This document shows, piece by piece, positions 25,256 to 32,000 of a stretch of DNA of 32,000 bases. The notes beneath the pieces were generated by a model. That model saw nothing but the letters and a program-made list of their open reading frames with translations. It had not been told where the DNA came from and searched no databases. The number at the start of each line of letters is the position of its first letter. Within the stretch, counting starts at the first letter, position 1. The stretch lies in contig CP104013.1 in the NCBI GenBank assembly GCA_025839675.1, forward strand, positions 990,001-1,022,000. Direction: 5' to 3'. This DNA comes from Candidatus Lokiarchaeum ossiferum. Lineage in GTDB: Archaea > Asgardarchaeota > Lokiarchaeia > Sigyniarchaeales > Promethearchaeaceae. Position numbers and translations under genes: made by a program.

Positions 25256-26230
25256 ATGTATATTGTGGGAGTGGATGGAGGGGGTACCAAAACAAGTGTG
25301 ATAGTGTTTCGTGCAACAGGAGAATGTTGTGGTATGCGAACCAACCCCTTTTCATCCAGTATCGATTCTGCACCCATAGAAATTGTCCATCGACAGATAG
25401 AACAAGCAATTATAGACCTTATTCCTCAAACACAAGAAAAAATTTATTTAGCCGCTATTTTTTTAGGAATGGGGGGGATAGTTTCCCCTACTGATGCTGA
25501 GCTTGTCCGATCCTTAGTTCAATCATGGTCAATTTGTACCCCTTCCACCATTATTCAAGTCAAGAATGACATATATAATGCACATGCAGCCGCTTTGCTT
25601 GGAAAACCGGGAATTTGTTTCATTATCGGCACCGGGAGTGTTGGATTTGGAATTAATGAGAATGGGAATGAACATCGGGTAGGTGGATATTCTTTCAAGG
25701 AAGGAGATCCGGGAAGTGCATATCATCTAGGACGATTGGGGCTCAAAAACCTTGCTAAAGCATTAGATAAGCGGATCCCATTCACGCCTGTTTTGAAGGC
25801 TATACAAGATCACTTCAACATTCTAGGGTATATTGGGTATGTTAATATCATCAACAGTATCTCGCGAGAAAAAACGGCCCAAGTCGCAAAAATAATAACC
25901 AAATATGCCGAGGTAGGAGATGAACTTGCCATACAATTAGTTGATTTAGCAGCAGATGAAATAGTACTAATGTTTAGGGCAATAATCGCAACTCTGAATA
26001 TACAGAATCAAGAAATCGCTATTGTTGGAAGTTTGGGAACCCGCAATTCTGAGTTTAAGACCAAAATCTTTGAAAAACTTGCTAAAGCGGCACCTCTATA
26101 TAAAATTTTTTCATCAAAGTGGGAACCAGTGGTAGGTTCTGCCATTCTTGCCTTCCGATCTATCAACAATGAAAATTACCAAGATTATTTGATCTCAAAT
26201 TCTAAATTAATTCAAGATAGGAGGAAATAG
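25256..26230 (+). CDS. BadF/BadG/BcrA/BcrD-type ATPase, N-acetylglucosamine-kinase-like sugar kinase
   Basis: N-terminal phosphate-1 motif YIVGVDGGGTKT and a later IIGTGS motif (ASKHA fold). 324 aa. A GGAGAGAGAG-rich RBS-like region lies upstream. Confidence 0.75.
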   Translation: MYIVGVDGGGTKTSVIVFRATGECCGMRTNPFSSSIDSAPIEIVHRQIEQAIIDLIPQTQEKIYLAAIFLGMGGIVSPTDAELVRSLVQSWSICTPSTIIQVKNDIYNAHAAALLGKPGICFIIGTGSVGFGINENGNEHRVGGYSFKEGDPGSAYHLGRLGLKNLAKALDKRIPFTPVLKAIQDHFNILGYIGYVNIINSISREKTAQVAKIITKYAEVGDELAIQLVDLAADEIVLMFRAIIATLNIQNQEIAIVGSLGTRNSEFKTKIFEKLAKAAPLYKIFSSKWEPVVGSAILAFRSINNENYQDYLISNSKLIQDRRK

Positions 26231-26232
26231 AA

Positions 26233-27981
26233 GTGAAATATGTGTCCTTCGAAAGTGGCTATGAAAAAATCCCTCGGATAGAAATTGATTACCCGATTTA
26301 TGAGAATATTGCGGAAATTATTGATAAGATTAAATCTACCCATAGTCAAACCATTGTCATTGAATGTTATCCAGGTATTGACTATCAACAAATCTTAACT
26401 CAACTTGTTGAACCGTTGGAATATGAGAAAATTATTAAAATCGATGAATTTTCCTATCCAATCAAGAAAATTAATAAGAAATTTGCCCCATATTTAACAA
26501 AAGACCGAATATTCGGTAAAATGTGTCCTTTTTCGATCACAGATTTATATCCGAAATCGATACAAGAAAAACTACAGAAATCGACCCATCAAACACAATC
26601 TACCATAATATATGGTTTTGGAGCATCTTTGGTTGATCATTATGATTTATTGATATATATCGACATCTCACGTTGGGAAATTCAGCAAAGGTTTCGGAGA
26701 AATGAAATTGGAAATTGGAAACTCAATAATCTGACAGAAGATGTGCTCCGAAAATATAAACGAGGCTATTTCATCGAATGGCGGATTGCAGATAGATTAA
26801 AAACAAGTTTGTTTGATAAGATTGACTACTATATCGATGGAAATAAAAATAACCATTTGAAAATGCTGAAAGGATCATTTTTTAATGAAATTTTGAAGGA
26901 AATTTCTACTCAACCTTTTCGGTTAACACCCTATTTTGATCCTGGAGTATGGGGAGGACAATGGATGAAGGAAGTATGCAATTTAGATCCTGAAAAAGTA
27001 AATTATGCATGGAGCTTTGATGGAGTCCCTGAAGAAAATAGTCTTACCTTTTCTTATCAGGGAATTGATTTAGAAATGCCAGCATTGAATTTAATTATGA
27101 AATATCCCCAAAATTTACTCGGAGAATATATATATCACAGATTCGGTGCCGAATTTCCTATCCGTTTTGATTTTTTAGATACTATGGATGGTCAAAATTT
27201 AAGCCTACAAGTCCATCCAATGAAAAAATATATCCAAGAACAATTTGGGATAGAGTATACACAAGATGAATCGTACTACATTTTAGATTCTCGAGAAAAT
27301 AGTTGCGTTTATCTCGGAATGAAGGACGGAATAAATCCCAAGGAATTTATCACTGCTTTGAAAGAAGCCCAGATAAGTAATCAAATGGATGTAGAACGAT
27401 TTGTCAACAAAATTTCTGTAAAGAAACACGACCATATTTTGATTCCCGCTGGAACAGTTCATGGTAGCGGGAAAGATACAATGGTGTTAGAAATCAGTGC
27501 AACCCCCTACATTTTTACGTTCAAACTATGGGATTGGAATCGATTGGATTTAGACGGAAAGCCAAGACCAATCAATATTGATCACGGTTCGAAAGTAATT
27601 CAATTTCAGCGAGATACAAAGTGGATCTCCAAAGAATTAGTAAATCGCATTGAAGTTCTGTCGAATGATGGAGGAGTCATCGAAGAACGAACAGGTCTTC
27701 ATGACCTAGAATTTATTGAAACAAGACGATATTGGTTTGATAAAGTGATTGTCCTTCATACTCGTGATACAGTTCACGTTTCAAATCTTGTAGAGGGACA
27801 ACAAGCGATTGTGGAAAGTCCAATCCATGCTTTCGATCCTTTTGAGATACATTATGCTGAAACGTTCATTGTTCCTGCTGCAGTTGGTGAATATACAATT
27901 CGACCTTTTGGAGTTTCGGAAGGAAAGACCATCGGTCTAATCAATGCCTATGTTAGACCGATTAAAACTACCCCAAAGTAA
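26233..27981 (+). CDS. Long class I mannose-6-phosphate isomerase-like protein (cupin) with an unassigned ~230-aa N-terminal region
   Basis: PMI-type motifs GVWGGQWMK, LSLQVHP, DESYYILD and AGTVHGSG (the Gln/His/Glu/His zinc-ligand pattern of type I PMI). The GTG start is preceded by AGGAGG with an 8-nt spacer. Confidence 0.7.
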   Translation: MKYVSFESGYEKIPRIEIDYPIYENIAEIIDKIKSTHSQTIVIECYPGIDYQQILTQLVEPLEYEKIIKIDEFSYPIKKINKKFAPYLTKDRIFGKMCPFSITDLYPKSIQEKLQKSTHQTQSTIIYGFGASLVDHYDLLIYIDISRWEIQQRFRRNEIGNWKLNNLTEDVLRKYKRGYFIEWRIADRLKTSLFDKIDYYIDGNKNNHLKMLKGSFFNEILKEISTQPFRLTPYFDPGVWGGQWMKEVCNLDPEKVNYAWSFDGVPEENSLTFSYQGIDLEMPALNLIMKYPQNLLGEYIYHRFGAEFPIRFDFLDTMDGQNLSLQVHPMKKYIQEQFGIEYTQDESYYILDSRENSCVYLGMKDGINPKEFITALKEAQISNQMDVERFVNKISVKKHDHILIPAGTVHGSGKDTMVLEISATPYIFTFKLWDWNRLDLDGKPRPINIDHGSKVIQFQRDTKWISKELVNRIEVLSNDGGVIEERTGLHDLEFIETRRYWFDKVIVLHTRDTVHVSNLVEGQQAIVESPIHAFDPFEIHYAETFIVPAAVGEYTIRPFGVSEGKTIGLINAYVRPIKTTPK

Positions 27982-27997
27982 CCTGAGTGAAATATTT

Positions 27998-30559
27998 ATG
28001 AAAAATCATCTCAAAAGAAATTGGAAAATAGTATTACTGCACCATACTCATTTAGATATCGGCTATACGCACACTCAAGAAGAAGTATTAAAGATTCAGT
28101 TTCAACATTTAGAAACAGCCATGGATCTTATTGATAAACACAAGCATAAACCAGATCATTGTAGATTTCGGTGGAACCCAGAAATTCTATGGGCAATTGA
28201 GGAATGGGTGAAACAGGCATCGCCATCAGAAAAAGAGCGATTTGTGAGATTAGTTCAAGAAGGTTATATCGGTTTGGACGGATTGTATGCGAATGTATTA
28301 ACAGGATTATGCCGACCAGAAGAATTGATGGAAAGTTTTCAAATTAAAACCCAAATGGAACACCTCACTAAGACACCAATAGAATCTGCAATGATTACCG
28401 ATATTCCGGGATTGAATTGGGGACTGGTTACTGCCTTGGCAGAAAATAATATTCACTATCTCTCCAGTGGACCGAATCGAAGTGATCGTATTGGATATTT
28501 TCTTAAAGAGTGGGGCGATAAACCATTTTATTGGAGATCTCCTTCGAATCAAGAAAAGGTGTTAGTTTTTATCCATGGGAAGGGTTACTCATGGTTTCAT
28601 TCAGGGATGTATGCTAAAAAGAATTTATCACGCAAATTGAATCCACGACGACTTTCTCGGTATCTGAAAAAACTTGAAGAGCAAAACTATCCATATGACA
28701 CTATTATTATTCGCTACAATATAGGGGCAGATAATGGCCCCCCAGATCCCTTACTAAGTAATATTGTAGTATCTTGGAATCAGAAATACCCACATATGAA
28801 ACTTGAAATCTCCACTACTGCCAAAGCCCTTGCCGATTTTTCTCGAAAAAATAGCAATCTCATTCCCGAATTTTCGGGAGATTTAACCCCCTACTGGGAA
28901 GATGGAGCAGCATCTACAGCGCGAGAGACTGCGATTGCCAGAGAGGCAGGAGAAAGACTCACACAGGCGACAATCTTGTCTGCAATGATGGCTCAGGATG
29001 ACTTTCAAGATCGCATACTCACGACATGGAAGAAGACATATCTCTTCAATGAACATACTTGGGGTGCGCATAACTCCATTAGTTCGCCTGATCACCCCTT
29101 TGTTCAAAGTCAATGGGAGTGGAAAAAGCAAAAGGCATTAAATGCTAACAAAGATGCATTCCACCTTCTTGAGGACATTTCACACTGTAAACTCATCTAC
29201 CCACCATCATATATAGAAAAGCTTAACTTTTTTGAAAAAAAAATCGATTGCACAGAAATCTCTGTGGTCAACACGCATAATTGGCCAATCACCCAAGTTA
29301 TTAAAATCAATACGCCATATAACTGCATATCCGACGAACAGAGAAATTTCCTTAAAACTCAACGATTATCTGATGGTAAACTTGCGTTTATCGCCACCGA
29401 TATACCGGGTTTTGGGAAAAAGAACTATTTCCTAAGCAACATAGAGACTAAGGACCAACGAGAAAAAGGTTTAATTTCTGATCAATTTACTCTCAAAAAT
29501 GAATTTATCGAGGTTTCCATCGATGAAAAATGGGGTACCGTTAAGAATATCTCATATAAGGGAGAAGAACTTATAATGAAGACAGATACTAAACATTTCA
29601 ATGGTTTTATTTTTGCCAAATCCAAATGGGGTACGCAACTTGTCCGTGATTCCTCCAAAAATGTGAAAATTGAGATTATTGATAATGGTCCCATTATATC
29701 CTCCATCAAAATCACATCTTCTGCTTTTCGAACTAATATGATTTCCTCTATCATCTCGATTGAGTCCATTTCAGCCAAAATCTATATTTCAAATCAGATT
29801 AATCGTCCAATTTCAAGAAAGAAAGAAGGCATTTATTTTGAATTTCCCCTCAGTATCAAAAATGGTAGGGTTAAATATGATACGATCTTCGGGTCTGCAG
29901 TTGTGGATAAAGATCAATTACTCGGAGCTAATCGAAATTTTATCTCCGCAACTCGTTGGATAGATATTTCCAATCAAAATTATGGAGTTAGCTGCGCTTT
30001 GCTGGACGCACCACTCTTCAAATCTGGAATCTTGACCCACGATCCAATTCGTTTTGGTCCTCCAAAACTATGTGGATGGCTTCGTAAAACAGAGTATAAT
30101 GGCATTTTTTATTCCTATATAATGAATAATTACTGGATGACTAATTATAAGGCAGATCAACCAGGTAACACGTTATTCAGATATGTTTTTAATCCACACC
30201 AGAAATTTAATGAAAGTGTAACTACTCGATTTGCCCTCGAAGAGGGACAACCCTTGCTTGTTTTCAACAATACTCAAAATATTAGCAAGAATAGATTCCC
30301 TTTAGTAATTTCAAGCAAAAATATTATCATTACAAATGTGAAATTTGATAAAAAATTCATTTTTTATACTGTTAGAGTCTTTAATGCATCAAATTCAATA
30401 CTAAACTGCAAAATAACCGTGAATACTGACTCGATCGCGGAAATTATAGGTCAAAACAAGCAAAATAGGTTAACCAAGGACATCCTTCAGCTCGAACCTC
30501 TTGAAATTATTTCACTAAAAATGCGAGGTGAAATTAAGTTAACGGAATTTAACCCTTGA
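27998..30559 (+). CDS. Second, divergent GH38-family glycoside hydrolase
   Basis: N-terminal LLHHTHLDIGYTH (GH38 HxHxDxG motif). The nucleophile region is MITDIPGLNWG, where the canonical DxFG is replaced by DIPG. I placed the start at ATG 27998 (MKNHLK). The ORF-track start at 27944 overlaps the PMI gene. Confidence 0.8.
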   Translation: MKNHLKRNWKIVLLHHTHLDIGYTHTQEEVLKIQFQHLETAMDLIDKHKHKPDHCRFRWNPEILWAIEEWVKQASPSEKERFVRLVQEGYIGLDGLYANVLTGLCRPEELMESFQIKTQMEHLTKTPIESAMITDIPGLNWGLVTALAENNIHYLSSGPNRSDRIGYFLKEWGDKPFYWRSPSNQEKVLVFIHGKGYSWFHSGMYAKKNLSRKLNPRRLSRYLKKLEEQNYPYDTIIIRYNIGADNGPPDPLLSNIVVSWNQKYPHMKLEISTTAKALADFSRKNSNLIPEFSGDLTPYWEDGAASTARETAIAREAGERLTQATILSAMMAQDDFQDRILTTWKKTYLFNEHTWGAHNSISSPDHPFVQSQWEWKKQKALNANKDAFHLLEDISHCKLIYPPSYIEKLNFFEKKIDCTEISVVNTHNWPITQVIKINTPYNCISDEQRNFLKTQRLSDGKLAFIATDIPGFGKKNYFLSNIETKDQREKGLISDQFTLKNEFIEVSIDEKWGTVKNISYKGEELIMKTDTKHFNGFIFAKSKWGTQLVRDSSKNVKIEIIDNGPIISSIKITSSAFRTNMISSIISIESISAKIYISNQINRPISRKKEGIYFEFPLSIKNGRVKYDTIFGSAVVDKDQLLGANRNFISATRWIDISNQNYGVSCALLDAPLFKSGILTHDPIRFGPPKLCGWLRKTEYNGIFYSYIMNNYWMTNYKADQPGNTLFRYVFNPHQKFNESVTTRFALEEGQPLLVFNNTQNISKNRFPLVISSKNIIITNVKFDKKFIFYTVRVFNASNSILNCKITVNTDSIAEIIGQNKQNRLTKDILQLEPLEIISLKMRGEIKLTEFNP

Positions 30560-30735
30560 AAACAAGAGAAATTTTTGCATTTTTCCCAATTATTCTATCA
30601 AATTTTAACATACTAGTTAAATGGGTTTGATCTATAAGATCTTGGACGCAATCTACAACTTCAAGATTAAGAGTTTTTTCACAAATATCCATAATTCAAG
30701 TCTTTTTTTATTCCTTGATTAAGTATATAATTAAT

Positions 30736-31155
30736 ATGGGAAAACTAGTTCTTCGGTCAGCACAACTCATTGGAGGACTTGCATGTCTCTTCTTTGGTGG
30801 CACTTTTATTCTCATCGGTGTTTCAAGTTTGTTTTCGGATGATCTTGGTTCATCTGATCCTCAAACATTTTACATTGAGCTTTTACCCAACCTTATTTTA
30901 ATTTTCAGTGCGATAATTTGTTTTATAATATTCAATATAAAGAAGAAGTATAAAATCGGCGGTATCTTACTTATTAGTTTCGGCATTGCACTCTTCTGCT
31001 CAATAATAATAACTAAATTAATCCGAACCCATGATTTAGTAGAAAGCATAAGAGCAGGTTCTTTGGGAGGGATGATTTACGGCCCCCCGTTTATTCTTTC
31101 AGGAGTATTCTATCTGGCAGCAGCTAATTCTTATGAATCCATTGATGAGAAATAG
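30736..31155 (+). CDS. Small membrane protein, unknown function
   Basis: Four hydrophobic segments (LIGGLACLFFGGTFILIGV, LILIFSAIICFIIF, ILLISFGIALFCSIII, PPFILSGVFYLAAA). ATG is at 30736, and the ORF track starts at TTG 30715. Confidence 0.5.
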   Translation: MGKLVLRSAQLIGGLACLFFGGTFILIGVSSLFSDDLGSSDPQTFYIELLPNLILIFSAIICFIIFNIKKKYKIGGILLISFGIALFCSIIITKLIRTHDLVESIRAGSLGGMIYGPPFILSGVFYLAAANSYESIDEK

Positions 31156-31217
31156 CAGTAAAAAGAAAACTCTTATTTGTTAAATTATATTTGTATTTCT
31201 ATTTATTTTTTAAAACC

Positions 31218-31775
31218 CTATGACTCATATTTTCGTTGACAATTGGGACATATTCCATGAGTTAGTTTAATTCCATGTTCAGAAGTCAAATATTCCGAAA
31301 TTCGATCCCAATATCCATCATCTTTTCTTACGCTAGAACACCATGAGCATATGGGTACATATTTCTCAAGAATACTCATTTTCTTATTATTCTCGATTTC
31401 AGCTAATTTTCGCGCATGCACATCTACACAACTTCCAATATAACCCTTGAAAAGACCGTTTTCATCAAAAAAAGGAGCACACCGATCAAAAATCCACCGA
31501 TATTCACCATCATGCCTCTTCAAACGGTATTCCATCTCAAATGCTTCCTTTTTTTCAAAAAACGAAATGTATGTTCCAACACATCCATCAAAATCATCAG
31601 GATGTACACCTTCTGTCCATCCATCACCTATTTCTTGATCAAAAGATCTTCCCGTAAATTTAAGCCATGTTTCATTAAAATAATTACATTTTTTACTCAG
31701 ATCAGATCTCCAAATCAGAATAGGGGATTGTTCAACAATGGTTTCAAGTTCGGAATAAGATAATTTTTCGACCAA
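31218..31775 (-). CDS. PAS-domain protein with a C-terminal CxxC...HGICPxC cysteine module
   Basis: PAS S-box features are present (PILIWRSD..., NETWLKFTGRS, GVHPDD, EYRLKRHDGEYRW, GYIGSCVDV). The C-terminus is ICSWCSSVRKDDGYWDRISEYLTSEHGIKLTHGICPNC. The TTG start is preceded by AGGAG with an 8-nt spacer. Confidence 0.8.
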   Translation of the reverse strand: MVEKLSYSELETIVEQSPILIWRSDLSKKCNYFNETWLKFTGRSFDQEIGDGWTEGVHPDDFDGCVGTYISFFEKKEAFEMEYRLKRHDGEYRWIFDRCAPFFDENGLFKGYIGSCVDVHARKLAEIENNKKMSILEKYVPICSWCSSVRKDDGYWDRISEYLTSEHGIKLTHGICPNCQRKYES

Positions 31776-32000
31776 ATAAAGTTCTCCTAACTACGTAAAT
31801 TGATGTGAACCTAAATCATTTTGTTGAAAATTTTTCTTATTATATTCACAACCTAACATTTCGACTCACTCAAATTGTAGCAGCAAAAACATTAGGACTA
31901 AAGAGGGCAATTTTATTTACAGGTAATCAACAACTATTAGCTATAAAAAATATTTATTTTAGAAAACTTTTACCAATGTACTGCAGAAATTGCGTACGAA

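Noticed and set aside
27944-27997. The upstream extension of the second GH38 ORF (MPMLDRLKLPQSNLSEIF) overlaps the PMI gene by 38 nt.
   Set aside because: The conserved GH38 N-terminus begins right after the internal ATG at 27998 (MKNHLKRNWKIVLLHHTHLD). The extension is most simply read-through of the PMI 3' end in another frame.
2166-29963. About 35 short ORFs (61-126 aa) from the six-frame track lie inside or antisense to larger genes. Examples: 2166-2420, 2638-2835, 3500-3781, 5261-5521, 7042-7350, 8419-8628, 11129-11427, 12193-12524, 13857-14096, 17530-17724, 18682-18924, 21721-22101, 23376-23688, 25162-25409, 28307-28552, 28883-29131 and 29482-29963.
   Set aside because: Each overlaps a longer ORF with clear family motifs. 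Their translations are low-complexity or hydrophobic junk typical of shadow frames in AT-rich DNA. None has a recognisable motif or start context.
30628-30640. A small palindrome, GATCT-ATA-AGATC, downstream of the second GH38 gene.
   Set aside because: It has only 5-bp arms, and no partner sites or obvious regulator are nearby. It is within chance expectation.

Overview
This is an AT-rich, gene-dense window with about 28 supported CDS and no rRNA, complete tRNA, CRISPR array, transposase or integrase. The likely source is an archaeon, possibly Asgard/Loki-like. That guess rests only on an Arf-like small GTPase fused to an ArsR wHTH, the low GC content and TATA-like A/T boxes, and it needs a database search. 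Content from left to right:

1. 1-3.3 kb: hypothetical and membrane proteins, an ArsR-wHTH::Arf-like GTPase fusion and a CPBP (CAAX-type) intramembrane protease.
2. 3.3-6.6 kb: a tightly packed redox operon with an Isf-like iron-sulfur flavoprotein, a stand-alone E2-type acyltransferase catalytic domain and two tandem paralogous EFR1-type flavodoxin-ferredoxin fusions.
3. 6.7-14.6 kb: a looser accessory region (TetR / DJ-1 / MBL-hydrolase operon, TIGR04076-like gene, SDR, and a 3beta-HSD-like SDR with two Fe-S proteins). Its long intergenic spacers carry four same-orientation copies of a 17-21 nt motif that reads as the 3' end of a tRNA on the minus strand.
4. 14.6-19.2 kb: DUF4386 membrane protein, TetR, then glpA-glpB with no glpC.
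5. 19.2-30.6 kb: a bacterial-style alpha-mannoside utilisation island. It holds an AraR-like GntR/LacI chimeric regulator, a GH38 alpha-mannosidase, a GPH symporter, a BadF/GlcNAc-kinase-type sugar kinase, a long class I mannose-6-P isomerase and a second divergent GH38. Operator-like TTGATAT palindromes lie in the divergent promoter.
6. 30.7-31.8 kb: a small membrane protein and a PAS protein with a C-terminal CxxC...HGICPxC module.

The most unusual items are the tRNA-end-like repeat array delimiting small gene cassettes, the wHTH-Arf GTPase fusion, and the mannoside/G3P catabolic island in an apparently archaeal background. All product calls rest on motifs I recognised by eye. No searches were run.
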